This document shows, in pieces, positions 48,495-59,498 of a stretch of 64,000 nucleotides of DNA (within the stretch, counting starts at the first letter, position 1; the number at the start of each line of letters is the position of its first letter). The notes beneath the pieces were generated by a model. The model was not told where the DNA came from and did no database searches. It saw nothing but the letters and a program-made list of their open reading frames with translations. The DNA is from Phycisphaerae bacterium (GTDB lineage Bacteria > Planctomycetota > Phycisphaerae > UBA1845 > Fen-1342): NCBI GenBank assembly GCA_963675745.2, contig CAXXWX010000028.1:1-64000 (forward strand), in the 5' to 3' direction. The translations under genes and the position numbers were made by a program.

Positions 48495-49396
48495 TTCCAC
48501 TGCTCTATATCGCTTCGCCGAGCTACTCGGGCTCGACACTGCTGACGATGCTGCTGAACCCCCATCCGGACCTGGGAACGGTGGGCGAACTGAAGTGGGG
48601 CGACATCGATCTGGCCACGTACCAGTGCTCGTGCGGCACCCTGCTCAGCGAGTGCGCATTCTGGCGCGAAGTCGGGGAACGCGTGCGGGCGCGGGGGTTG
48701 CCGTTCAACCTCAACCGACCGGCGACCAGCTTTCGCTTTCCCGGCAATCCCTTCGCGAACCGTGTCGCACAGGCGCGGCTACGAGGACGCCTCTTCGAGT
48801 TGCTGCGCTCCGCCGCACTGGCAGTCCACCCTGTCAGCGCCCGCGAGTGGCCGGTGGTACAGGCAGTCAATCGCGCGGTCATCGAAACCACGCTCGAGAT
48901 CCAGCATGCGCGAATCTTCGCCGACGCCTCTAAAGATCCCGTTCGAGCGCGGCACATGTTCAAGACAGGCGACTACGACGTGCGCCTGATTCAACTGCTC
49001 CGCGACGGCCGCGCGGTAATGAACTCAGCGATAAAGAACGCCAGTGAGTCTCCAGAGATTGCGGTGCGCGAGTGGGTACGGACCCACCGACAAATCGAAC
49101 GACTCCGCGGAGAACTGGGCGACGAGCGCGTACTCCGGGTGCGCTACGAGGATTTGTGCGCGAGCCCGCGCGAGACACTCGCCGCGATCTTCACCTTTGT
49201 CGGCCTGGAGCCGCAAGACACAACTGCGCATTTTCGTTCAACTGAACACCATGTTCTGGGCAACCGCATGCGTTTGCGCAGCGAAACCGCGATCACGCTC
49301 GATGAGAAGTGGCGTGGCACGCTCACGGCAGACCAACTCCGGTTGTTCGAGCGCGGCGGACTGGCGGCCAACGCCGCCTATGGATACCGAGATTGA
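48491..49396 (+). CDS. Sulfotransferase
   Basis: 5'-PSB SPSYSGSTLL, DASK, 3'-PB RDGRAVMNS, VRYEDL. Confidence 0.9.
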   Translation: MIPLLYIASPSYSGSTLLTMLLNPHPDLGTVGELKWGDIDLATYQCSCGTLLSECAFWREVGERVRARGLPFNLNRPATSFRFPGNPFANRVAQARLRGRLFELLRSAALAVHPVSAREWPVVQAVNRAVIETTLEIQHARIFADASKDPVRARHMFKTGDYDVRLIQLLRDGRAVMNSAIKNASESPEIAVREWVRTHRQIERLRGELGDERVLRVRYEDLCASPRETLAAIFTFVGLEPQDTTAHFRSTEHHVLGNRMRLRSETAITLDEKWRGTLTADQLRLFERGGLAANAAYGYRD

Positions 49397-50967
49397 TGAT
49401 GGCCGAGCCGTCCCCATCCACAGCGCGCACCCCATCGCTGGTCCGCAGCGTCGTAACAAACTGGATCTGGTATGGCTTTGTGATGATCAGCGGGTTTCTG
49501 CTCCCGCGTTTCATTGACCGCGCGCACGGGCAGGAGTTGCTTGGTGTCTGGGACTTCGGCTGGTCGCTCGTGATATACGTGAGCATGCTGGCGCTCGGCG
49601 TGCAGTCCGCCGTGAATCCGGCCGTCGCGCGCTGTCGCGCAACCGCCGACTGGAAACAACTCAACGTGGCAGTGTGCGCCTGCCTCGGACTGTTGACGTT
49701 CAGCCTTGCCGGCGGGTTGCTGATGACCGCCGGTTTGTGTGTGGCGCTGCCAATGGTGTTGATGGATGCGTCACCGGAGCAGGTCGCGATCGGGCGATGG
49801 GTCATGGCGCTGCTGGGCCTCAGCGCCTGCTTGAGATTTCCCGGCAATGTTTTCAATGGCATAATCACCGGTTATCAGCGCTTCGACCTGCTGAACGTGA
49901 TCCGTGTAGCGCGCGATGTTGGTGTGCTGGGCGGCTGCCTTGCGCTCATCTACGCTGGATATGGCCTGGTGGCGCTCGCAACGCTGGTGCTGATTGGCGA
50001 CTTTCTGGCCGGCTTTGCCAAGTTGCTGCTCGCCCAGCGCCTCTGTCCGCAACTCGAAATCAGCCCCCGCCACATCGAATTGCGCGCGATGCGCAACATG
50101 GTCGGTTTCGGCGGGAAGACGATCCTGCAATCGTTGGCCGCCAGCGCTCACTATCAGCTCAGCAGCATTTTCGTCGGCATATTTCTGGGACCGGCAGTCC
50201 TGGCGGTGTTCGCTCGCCAAAGAGCACTCGTGATGCACTTGCTCCGCTTCACCCGTCAATACGCCCAGGTGTTGATTCCCTCCGGAAGCGATCTCGCGGC
50301 CCGAGGGCGCGATGAAGAACTCCGCCAGTTGCTGGTCAAGACTTCGCGCTATGGCTTCTATCTCGTGACTCCAATCGTCGCCATCTTTGTCATCATGGGA
50401 GGCCCCCTGCTCAATCTGTGGATGGGACCGGACTATGAGGCGCCGCTGACTCTCGCGATTCTGGCACTCGGTCACCTTGCGTCGGCCTCGCAGCATGGGG
50501 CCTACAGCCTACTGATGGGCGTTGACAAACATGGCTATCCGGCCCTATTCGAATTGCTTGCCGCGATCGGCGGCGCATTGATCGGACTGCTATTGCTCAT
50601 CGGAACCGATCTCGGTATGTGCGGCGTGGCAATCGGCGTTACCGTCGGCGTTGCCGCTGCCGCCGGAATTCTGACACCATATTACGCCTGCCGGCGATTC
50701 GGGCTCTCGTACACTTACTATCTTCGCGGGGTACTCGCGGGGCCGGCAATCGCGGCGCTGCCGATGATTGCCTGCCTGCTGGCCGCCCGAATGTACTGGG
50801 CCGATGCACCGCAAATGGCGTTGTTAATCGGCGTTCTCGCCGGCGGGCTCGGCGCCGCCCCGTTTTACTGGCGCTGGGGCATGCCTGATTCGATTCGCGC
50901 CAAAGTGCTGGCGTTAATCGGTCACGGTCGACCCCGCCATCCATCGGCCGGCGCTAACGCGCCATAA
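49396..50967 (+). CDS. Wzx-type oligosaccharide flippase
   Basis: More than 10 hydrophobic segments; G.E..GVW, LLNLWMGPDY; position in cluster. Confidence 0.85.
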   Translation: MMAEPSPSTARTPSLVRSVVTNWIWYGFVMISGFLLPRFIDRAHGQELLGVWDFGWSLVIYVSMLALGVQSAVNPAVARCRATADWKQLNVAVCACLGLLTFSLAGGLLMTAGLCVALPMVLMDASPEQVAIGRWVMALLGLSACLRFPGNVFNGIITGYQRFDLLNVIRVARDVGVLGGCLALIYAGYGLVALATLVLIGDFLAGFAKLLLAQRLCPQLEISPRHIELRAMRNMVGFGGKTILQSLAASAHYQLSSIFVGIFLGPAVLAVFARQRALVMHLLRFTRQYAQVLIPSGSDLAARGRDEELRQLLVKTSRYGFYLVTPIVAIFVIMGGPLLNLWMGPDYEAPLTLAILALGHLASASQHGAYSLLMGVDKHGYPALFELLAAIGGALIGLLLLIGTDLGMCGVAIGVTVGVAAAAGILTPYYACRRFGLSYTYYLRGVLAGPAIAALPMIACLLAARMYWADAPQMALLIGVLAGGLGAAPFYWRWGMPDSIRAKVLALIGHGRPRHPSAGANAP

Positions 50968-51092
50968 CGCGAGGTGCCGATTGTGAGAAACCCGTCTGCC
51001 GAACACCCGACCGTAACCCACCGCGCCATACGCCGCCCGCGCCCTGATGCTGCGTGCTCGGCGCACCAGAGCGACTGGAGAAGATTCACCGG

Positions 51093-52232
51093 ATGACCGC
51101 GAGCGCCCGAGAAGAACCGAGCATCTGCTTCGTGGCCCCCAAGGCATACCCGCTGTTGTCGCAACGGACCGACTTGCGACACATCGGCGGCGCCGAGGTT
51201 CAGCAGCTCTTGATCGCGCGCGAGCTGGTGGCACGCGGCTGGCGCGTGACGTTCGTGACACTCGATCACGGTCAACCCGACGGCGTCCGCCACGACGGGA
51301 TTCAGGTGTTTAAGACCTACCGTCCACACGCCGGCCTCCCAGGCTTGCGGTTCTTCCATCCACGCTGGTCGTGTTTGCTGGGCGCGATGCGCCGCGCGCG
51401 GGCCACGGTGTATTATCAACGCAACAATGGCGCGGAAACCGGCCAGGCAGCGTACTGGTGTCGTCGCCAGCGCCGTCGTTTTGTCTTCGCCGTGTCATCG
51501 ATGACGAACTGCCTACCACAACTCCCGGGGCTGCCCACTTTGCGCGAACGCTGGCTCTATCGCTACGGACTCCGCCGCGCGGACAGCGTCGTGGTGCAGA
51601 CGGAACAACAAGCAGCGCTGATGGCAAGTAACTTTCGGGTCACGGCGGTCGTCATCAACAGTTGCTGCCCAACGCCGGCCGCCGCAAACCTGCCGGAGTC
51701 AGCGGCACCACCGCCCCGCCGCATCGTCTGGGTTGGACGCAACATCCCCGAGAAACGCCTTGACTGGTTTGTCGAAATGGCCCGTGCGCTGCCGTCGGTT
51801 CAGTGTGACGTCGTCGGTGTCAACCAGGAGGCGCTTGGCAGCATCGCCGTCCCACCCAACCTCGATTGCCTTGGCCCGCTGCCCTACCACGTTGCGGCGC
51901 GTAGCTATGCGAATGCCCGATTGCTTGTCAGCACATCCAGCATCGAGGGCTTCCCAAACACGTTTCTGGAGGCTTGGTCGCACGGCGTGCCGGTCGTGTC
52001 GACTGTCGACCCGGGCGGCATCATCTCGTCGCAGGGGTTGGGAGCCGTCGGCGACTCGATTCCCGAATTGACTCGGGCGGCCGCGCGCTTGATCGAGGAT
52101 GGGGAGTACTGGCGCGCCGCGAGCATGCGTTCACGCGACTATTGCCGCGCGCATCATAGTATCGCCAGCGTGTGTGATGCGTACGAGACACTCCTCTCCA
52201 ACTTGGGTGTTACGCGAGTACATGCGACGTGA
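51093..52232 (+). CDS. Glycosyltransferase family 4
   Basis: GGAEVQ, WVGR..PEKR, EGFPNTFLEAWSHG.PVVS. Confidence 0.9.
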   Translation: MTASAREEPSICFVAPKAYPLLSQRTDLRHIGGAEVQQLLIARELVARGWRVTFVTLDHGQPDGVRHDGIQVFKTYRPHAGLPGLRFFHPRWSCLLGAMRRARATVYYQRNNGAETGQAAYWCRRQRRRFVFAVSSMTNCLPQLPGLPTLRERWLYRYGLRRADSVVVQTEQQAALMASNFRVTAVVINSCCPTPAAANLPESAAPPPRRIVWVGRNIPEKRLDWFVEMARALPSVQCDVVGVNQEALGSIAVPPNLDCLGPLPYHVAARSYANARLLVSTSSIEGFPNTFLEAWSHGVPVVSTVDPGGIISSQGLGAVGDSIPELTRAAARLIEDGEYWRAASMRSRDYCRAHHSIASVCDAYETLLSNLGVTRVHAT

Positions 52233-53221
52233 TGCCGCTGCCAAATACGCCGCAGGAGACCATCGTGAACAAGCGCAGCTTAGTGGGCATCGGAATCGAC
52301 ACTGCCGGCTGGTGGCAACGATTCCGCGATTATTGCGTCGAACGGGATATCCCCCACAAAGTGGTCGAGTTCGAGCGTTCGGACTGGCGTTCGCAATTGG
52401 AGGCGTGCGACGCCGTCATCTGGCGCCCCAATCTGGATCCACCGTATCTGGAAGAGGGACGTGAAAAGCTCTATCACCTCGAACACATTGAAGGCAAGCG
52501 CGTGCTGCCGAATTGGCACAGCTTCTGGCACTACGACAACAAGCGCGCCCAGAGCTATCTGTTTCGCGCCCACGATATCCGGTGTGCCGATACGTTTGTG
52601 TCGTATTCCGCCGAGGAGGCGCGCGAGTACTCCGAGCACGCGACATACCCGCTGGTGTCGAAAAACAGCAGTGGCGCGGCCTCCGCGGACGTGCGGCTCC
52701 TGCGCTGCCCGGCGGATGCCTTGCGTGAGGTGCGCTTGACTTTTGCACGCGGGTGGACTGAGCGCGCGCTGAAGCGCGCCGGCATTACGCTACGACTGTC
52801 GCGACGCGAAAAACGCGGCTACGTTCTCTGGCAGGAGTTCGTTCCCGGAAACGACTCGGACATCCGCATCACCGTCATTGACCGGCGTTACGCCTTCGCG
52901 TTTCGCCGCTTCAATCGCCCGGGTGATTTTCGGGCCAGCGGCAGCGGTCGCATCTCCTATCCCGATAGCGGCTTCGAGGCGGAGTGCGCCTACTGTGCCG
53001 ACATCTGTCGGCGCCTCGACTTCGACGTTATGTGCTTCGATTTGCTGTATCGCGATGGCGAGTTCATCATTGTTGAGATGTCTTACACGTTCATGGCACA
53101 GGCGGTCCATAACGCCGCTTGGCACTATGAGATCGACACCCAGGGACAACTCGTGCGCCACGACGGACACGTTTGGCCCCAGGATCTGCTGATGGCTGCG
53201 CTACTCGGCCACCGCGCCTGA
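52229..53221 (+). CDS. RimK-like ATP-grasp protein
   Basis: WHYDNK, YPLVSK...GA.S..V, QEFVPGNDSDIRITVI, DFRASGSG, FD, E.SY.F. Confidence 0.85.
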   Translation: MMPLPNTPQETIVNKRSLVGIGIDTAGWWQRFRDYCVERDIPHKVVEFERSDWRSQLEACDAVIWRPNLDPPYLEEGREKLYHLEHIEGKRVLPNWHSFWHYDNKRAQSYLFRAHDIRCADTFVSYSAEEAREYSEHATYPLVSKNSSGAASADVRLLRCPADALREVRLTFARGWTERALKRAGITLRLSRREKRGYVLWQEFVPGNDSDIRITVIDRRYAFAFRRFNRPGDFRASGSGRISYPDSGFEAECAYCADICRRLDFDVMCFDLLYRDGEFIIVEMSYTFMAQAVHNAAWHYEIDTQGQLVRHDGHVWPQDLLMAALLGHRA

Positions 53222-53287
53222 CGGGAGAACGCGCCCGCGGCCCGGGCGCAACGCGCACCCGGGCCGCGGATCGTCATCACTCGCGCC

Positions 53288-56200
53288 TCAATCCGCCGAG
53301 GACTCAAATGCACCAATATCCGGCGCTGCGCCCTCGAATGGCAATCCAACATCGACACCGGCGTCGACCAGCGGCGCGCCGCTCGGCGTCAGTGCCTGTT
53401 CAACCTGCTCGAAAAGCTGATCCAACGTAATCGTCCGTTGCTCAAACTCATCCGCCGCGGTCAAGGCCGCCGACTTGTTTAGCCCCGGGTCGCCGTAGAT
53501 GGACGCCGCGCCTTCATTGGGCGGCATATCACGCAGCACACCGTCGGAGTCCTTCCAGAGATTGTGGTTGGAGGAATCGAACGTGTGCGTGCTGCGCCAG
53601 TCGTAGCTGAACAAGCCGTCAATCTCGTGATGGTTGTCGAAGACACAGTTGTTTAGGTAGGTGCCCTCATCCATCTGGATTCCGCAGCCACTACCAGCGC
53701 CGCCACAGTCGAAGATAGTGTTGTTCACGACTTGCACGCCCGGCGAATTCGAGATGCGAATCCCCATCATATCCGCCGCAAACGCCACTGACTTTTCGAG
53801 TTTGTTTCCACTGCCATAACCATGCAGGCCGATCTTGTAGCCGTTGCCGTCCGTGCCGGGCAGGTTGCCCCACACGATACACTCGCTGATCGTACTGTCC
53901 TTGCAGTCCTGCATGCCGATGTTCATGCCGTTGTCGTAAGCGACGCACTTCCGGATCGTGATCCGCTCGGTATGTCCTGCCGTGGAGTTCGTCTTCCACG
54001 AGGCCACGATTCCCTGCGCCCAAGCCAGGTGCGCCCAACCGTTTCGATACGAGACGCACCGCTCGACCAGCACGTCCTGGGCAAAGTCGTCCGATCCGCC
54101 GAGGAAGATGCCCGAGAACCCGTTGTCGTGAGACTCGCAATCGCGGATCGTGGAGAACGTCGTACCGCCTGATCCGCCCATCAGGATTCCGTGTCCCCCA
54201 CCATTGCGCGTGACGCAACGTTCGATGTCGATGTGCGTGGAATTGGCGACCTTGATGATGTAACTCTCGGCGAACTCGCAGGTCAGACCCTGCAACGTTA
54301 CGTACTCCGCGTCTACGAGCTCGAAACAGGCGCGCCGCTGGCCACCGCCGTCCTCCGCCCCGGTCACGATGACCGCTCCCGGATTTCCGCTCTCGCTTCG
54401 GATCGTCAATCCGGCGGCTTCCGTCGCATGAATGTCGACACTCACCAGTTCCGCGTAGGTTCCAGCGAAAATGACAATCGTGTCACCCGCACCGGCAGCG
54501 TTCACCGCGCTCTGGATCGTGTCGAACGGGTTGTTGTAACTGCCCAGCGGCTGGCCCGAGTCGTACCCGGGCTGGCTCGCCCCATCATCATCCACGTAGA
54601 AAATATCTTCGCACTCGTCCAGCAATCCGTCGCCGTCCGCGTCCGTGCTGGTTCCGTTAGCTATGTCACACTCGTCGGGAATGCCGTTGCCATTGCAGTC
54701 TGAACTCGTCCCGGCGGCCAGATCGCACTCGTCTGGCACACCGTTACCATTGCAATCCTCAGCCGTGCCCTGGGAGATTTCCATACTGTCGGGCACCTGG
54801 TTGGCGTTGCAGTCGGTCTGGCAATCGTCAGGGACTCCGTCGCCGTCAGCGTCGCTGCTCGTCCCATCCGCCAAGTCGCAATCGTCGGGCACTCCGTTGC
54901 CGTTGCAGTCCTGAGCCATCCCCTGGGCGATCTCCCAGGCATCCGGCATGTTGTTCCCGTTGCAGTCAAGCTGGCACTCATCCGGCTGGCCATCACCGTT
55001 CAGATCCGCGCTCGTGCCGGAAGTGATGTCACACTCATCTGGAATACCGTTCTCGTTGCAGTCCTGACTCGTGCCGGCGGCCAGATCACATTCGTCCGGC
55101 ACGCCGTTCTCGTTGCAGTCCTGGCTGGTACCGGCGCCGATCTCGCATTCATCGGGCACGCCGTTACCGTTGCAATCCTGGGCCATCCCCTGGGCAATCT
55201 CCCAGGCGTCGGGCATATTGTTCCCGTTACAGTCAAGCTGGCACTCGTCCGGCTGTCCGTCGCCGTTGAGATCAGTGCTCGTGCCGGACGCGATATCACA
55301 TCCATCCGGAATGCCGTTCGCATTGCAGTCCTGACTCGTGCCGGCGGCGATGTCGCAATCGTCTGGAACACCGTTGCCGTTGCAGTCGGGGGTCATCCCC
55401 TCTGCAATCTCATACGCGTCGGGGACTGAATTGCCGTTGCAGTCGAGTTCGCATTCGTCAGGGATGCGATTGCCGTTGACGTCGGAACTGTCGCCTGACT
55501 GAATATCACACTCATCGGGCGTCCCATTGCCGTTGCAGTCCTGGCTGGTGCCCAGTTCGATATCAGCGTCATCCGCCACACCGTTGCCATTGCAGTCGGG
55601 GGTATCCACTTCAGACGTTTGTTCATCCCTGGGCTGCATGGGCAAGCTGTTCGGATCGGATTCGCAACTGTCGATGATGCCGTTGCCGTTATCATCGATC
55701 GCGGTGCCGGCCGAGATGTCGCAATCATCGGGCACGCCGTTACCGTTGCAGTCACGGTCCGGGTTGTCCGCGATTTCCTGAAGGTCGGCGATGCCGTTTC
55801 GGTTGCAGTCGACTGGGGCCGGCGTGTCTTCGCTGCTCGGCAGGTGAATCGGCTGCGCGTCGTTCAGAGAGATTTGGAGTTGCTTATCGCTCGACGTGTC
55901 CGTCGTGCAGCTTATCTCGCCGGCCATGCCGAACAGAAGCACCGAGAGAGTCACGGTGTGAACCCCGGCGCGCGCGAACGTATAGTAACGCTTACCGTGC
56001 GTTGACACGGGGCCGGACTCCTCCACTCCGTCAAACGTCCAACTGTAGGTACCATCGGGTAGGGACGCGCCGGTCACTGTAGAGGCCTCGGCATAGACGG
56101 TCAAGTCGCCGGGTTCGCCGACCTGCGCCGCGCCGAATTGGATCTCCGGGTACACCAGAATCGAGACAGTACCTACGTTGGATTCGTGCCGTCCATCAGA

Positions 56201-56694
56201 GGCGATGTACGTGAGTTCCGTCCACCCGGTAAACTGCGGTTCGGGCGTGAACACCACGCTGGTGTAACCGAATTCCTCCTCGACGATTTGCAATTCACCG
56301 TGGTCAGGCTGCGAGATAATCGAACCGTCACACGAGAACCGCTATCAGTAGCCAACACCGCTTCAAGCGGGAGTGCCTGCATGGTGGCAAGGCTCAGATC
56401 GGGCACAGTGAGTTCGCCGCCCGCCCCCGCCAGGTCACCCGCCGTAGTCGCACCGTTGGTGAGATCGCCCGGTCGGCCATCGAACAGGATGCTGTCGTCC
56501 AATAACCCGAGATCGCCGCCGATGACGTCAGCACCCGGGCAGCCACCCATGGTCAGTGTGGCAAGTCCGATAGTGATAATGACGCCCAGCAGGGCAACCG
56601 GGTGCGAATGGCGGGTACCGCAATCGCGCACGTTCCTCCAGCAGAGCTGATGTTGCATTCTCCCGGTCCTCCAGGTTAGGTCGTGCACCCGCAT
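53288..56694 (-). CDS. Large lipoprotein: Ig/cadherin-like + PKD-like + Cys-rich Ca-binding repeats + right-handed beta-helix; one apparent frameshift
   Basis: 56173..56694 frame gives signal LLGVIITIGLATLTMGGCP. The 53288..56293 frame is open back to ~56342 (IISQPDHGEL..FTPEPQFTG...YIASDG) and carries PF.TIQSAV, beta-helix coils and APDIGAFE. Start uncertain. Confidence 0.8.
54610..55812 (-). repeat. 22 DxNxNGxPDxC-type peptide repeats in six higher-order modules
   Basis: Counted from the translation; DLNGDGQPDECQLDCNGNNMPDAWEIAQGMAQDCNGNGVPD occurs twice. Confidence 0.9.
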
Positions 56695-57048
56695 ATAGAG
56701 TTCAAACTGTCCGACGCCTTAGCAAACCGCTGCCGGGCTGTGGCCGATCAGTACGGGGTCATTGCCGCGCCGACCGCCTGACCTGACAAGAAACTCGGAC
56801 CTCGCGTGGATATGAATCTCGAATCGCGCGCTGCGACCGTGCGGTGCGAGAGGCACGATCTATCGGGCGGGGCTGCAAAAGCGGGCCCCACACAAAAACA
56901 GGGCAACCGTGCGCCCCCCGACTGGCGACGTCGCGAAAAATGCCGGATATTTCCTCACTGAGACCCGAAGACGCGGCGACCGGGCAATCCGGCTATAATG
57001 CCACACCCACCCAGATGGTCGGTTGTCGGAACAGAAAGGCGGCGAGGC

Positions 57049-57819
57049 ATGCCGAAGCCGGATCACGACAGAATGAGAGAGGCGGTCTCCCCCGCACATC
57101 TTTGGCCAGCGACCATCGCGGCTGTCGTGTTGCTCGCGGCAACGGGCTTTGGCAGCCGTGCGTTAAACCAGGCGCTCAACGCCCGGCCGGCGCACGCTGG
57201 ACAGGTAAACGCCGCGCTTGGCCGGGTTCCACTGGTCATTGGCGACTGGCACGGACGCGACATCAATGTGGAGCAGTCGGTGCGTGCCGCCACCGATACG
57301 GATGATCTTCTGAACCGAGAGTACATCCGCGGCAACGGTCTCGACACAGTCGGGCTTTACGTAGCTTACGGCGTACGCGTACGCGATATGATGCCACACA
57401 GGCCCGAGGTGTGTTATGTTGGCGGCGGCTGGACCCGCGAACGCGTGGAACAGATGGAATTGCCGTTATCAGACGGCAGGACACTTCCATGCCGCCTGCT
57501 GCACTTCTCTCGCGGCGGGTTCGATTCCCGCCTGCTGGTCGTGCTCAATTACTACATAGCCGACGGCGTCTTCTACACCGACGTTGATTCACTGCGCCTC
57601 CGAGCCTGGCGCGGATCGCGGAGCTTTAGATATCTACTCCAGGTTCAGATCGTGTCCAGCACAAGTGAGTTTCGCGATGCGGACGACGCCGTACAACTCG
57701 TGCGGACGTTCGCCGCCAAGAGCGTCGAGCATCTGAGGGCGATTCTCCCAAGTTTGAAGCCAGCAGAGACGGCACCCGGCACATCGGCTGCCGGGGCGAC
57801 CGATGGAGAGCAGCCATGA
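57049..57819 (+). CDS. epsI: Exosortase-associated EpsI family protein
   Basis: N-terminal TM; P..IGDW.G.D, REY, HRPEVCYVGGGW, NYYI.DG. Confidence 0.88.
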   Translation: MPKPDHDRMREAVSPAHLWPATIAAVVLLAATGFGSRALNQALNARPAHAGQVNAALGRVPLVIGDWHGRDINVEQSVRAATDTDDLLNREYIRGNGLDTVGLYVAYGVRVRDMMPHRPEVCYVGGGWTRERVEQMELPLSDGRTLPCRLLHFSRGGFDSRLLVVLNYYIADGVFYTDVDSLRLRAWRGSRSFRYLLQVQIVSSTSEFRDADDAVQLVRTFAAKSVEHLRAILPSLKPAETAPGTSAAGATDGEQP

Positions 57820-58718
57820 AGCGAAGCCCCGCTGCCTCCGCCCCCCCCGCGGCCCCCCGCCGTGTAACACGCCTTTACGCGGGCTCGTTCGCGGTGGTGG
57901 TAGCTGCCCTGGTTCTGAGCTATTGGCGAGTAGTGGTCCAGTTGTTCAGTGATTGGCAAAACGATGCCAACTACTCAGTAGGCAAGCTCGTGCCGCTCGC
58001 TGCGTTGTATCTACTCTGGCACGATCGCGAGCGGCTCAGGGGCGTAACGGTGGGGCCGTGCTGGTGGGGGCTGGTCCTCATTGTCGGTGGCCAGGCACTC
58101 CGCTTCGCCGGACTGCTGTTGCTCATTGAGTCCGCCGAGCGGTATTCGCTCGTAGTGACGCTCTGCGGGCTGGTGCATTTGATATTCGGCCCGGCAGTGC
58201 TGTGGAAGACGCGCTGGATCCTGGTCTTCCTGCTGCTCATGGTGCCGCTGCCGGGTCGGGTGCACAATGCGATCTCGGGGCCGCTACAGGGCTGCGCCAC
58301 GGCGGGGACGGCGTATCTGCTGGAAATCGCCGGCGTGACGGTCGCGCGTGAGGGCAACGTGCTGGTGCTGAATGACACGACGCAAGTGGCAGTAGCCGAA
58401 GCCTGTAGCGGCCTGAGAATGCTAAGTGCCTTTTTAGTAGTGTCTTATGTACTCGCGTATATCGTCGGTCGCCCCAGGTGGCAGAAGGTGACGGTGTTTT
58501 TGTCGAGCATTCCGGTGGCGATCATCTGCAATCTGGCGCGCCTGATGATCACGGCGGTGCTGTACATGGTGACGTCATCCGAGCTGGCAGAGCGTTTCTT
58601 CCACGATTTCGCCGGCGTGACGATGATGCCCTTGGCTGTTCTGCTGTTGGTTGGCGAATTGTGGCTATTGGCAAAACTGGAGGTTGCTGAGCAGCCGAGC
58701 GCGTCCGATAATACATAG
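57816..58718 (+). CDS. Exosortase (EpsH/Xrt family)
   Basis: Multi-TM; VAEACSGLR (Cys), NLAR (Arg), FFHD (His); REGN. Confidence 0.95.
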   Translation: MKRSPAASAPPAAPRRVTRLYAGSFAVVVAALVLSYWRVVVQLFSDWQNDANYSVGKLVPLAALYLLWHDRERLRGVTVGPCWWGLVLIVGGQALRFAGLLLLIESAERYSLVVTLCGLVHLIFGPAVLWKTRWILVFLLLMVPLPGRVHNAISGPLQGCATAGTAYLLEIAGVTVAREGNVLVLNDTTQVAVAEACSGLRMLSAFLVVSYVLAYIVGRPRWQKVTVFLSSIPVAIICNLARLMITAVLYMVTSSELAERFFHDFAGVTMMPLAVLLLVGELWLLAKLEVAEQPSASDNT

Positions 58719-58919
58719 AGGCCATCAGTCCGTTAAACGCCGCCCGCAATGCCCGTCAGGCCGGTACGGCAATCGCCGCAACATCAGATTATTTCAGGAT
58801 CTGCGTTCTCAAGCACCTCTCTCAGATCCGCCTTGACTTTCGCCCCGTTATGGAATTGAATAGACAGTGGAAAGGCCGATGTCTTTGTCTGCGCAAATGC
58901 GCGGCGATGAGGGTGTAGG

Positions 58920-59498
58920 GTGCGCAAACCGTTGTTGTTGGTGGTGGTTGGCTTCGTGTTGGTCGGCGTGACGACCGCACAGGCTGGCTTTGCGCCGACG
59001 CCGCACTTCACGCCGAAAGACAACGGCAACACGCCGGCCAACAAGCTAACCCCGACCTTGCTCGGCCAACCGCTTGGCGAGGGTTCTGGTCTTGGCGCCT
59101 ATCAGCCCGTTGCGGACGGCTCGGCATACGCCGCTCGCGATGAAGGTTCCAGCCAGATTCGGGTACTTCCGCCCGCACCAGAGAGCGCCGCGCTGTGTCT
59201 GTGGGCGCTGAGCGGTCTGGGCGCATGGCGTCTCGGTCGCAACGCGCGGCAGATGCACCTGAACGCCGTTCCTGAGTGGTATGCACGGCACGCGCCACAG
59301 GTCGGCTCGACGAAGCCGTTTGATTTTGTGACCGGCTTTGAGTTGCTGGTCTTGCCGGAGTGCCTGGCAGCAAGCGTCACGATTGACAGCGAGCCCGCGC
59401 CGCCCGTTCGGTGGCGGGATCGTTTGCCTCAAGATCGCATTCACACCCGAGATTTCCTCGTGGACAAAGATCCACGAGGCCCCCCCATCGTTCACTGA
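58920..59498 (+). CDS. Exported protein with internal PEP-CTERM-like segment and C-terminal RGPP motif
   Basis: Signal peptide ending AQA; LPPAPESAALCLWALSGLGAWRLGR at aa 83-107; ends DPRGPPIVH. Confidence 0.7.
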   Translation: MRKPLLLVVVGFVLVGVTTAQAGFAPTPHFTPKDNGNTPANKLTPTLLGQPLGEGSGLGAYQPVADGSAYAARDEGSSQIRVLPPAPESAALCLWALSGLGAWRLGRNARQMHLNAVPEWYARHAPQVGSTKPFDFVTGFELLVLPECLAASVTIDSEPAPPVRWRDRLPQDRIHTRDFLVDKDPRGPPIVH

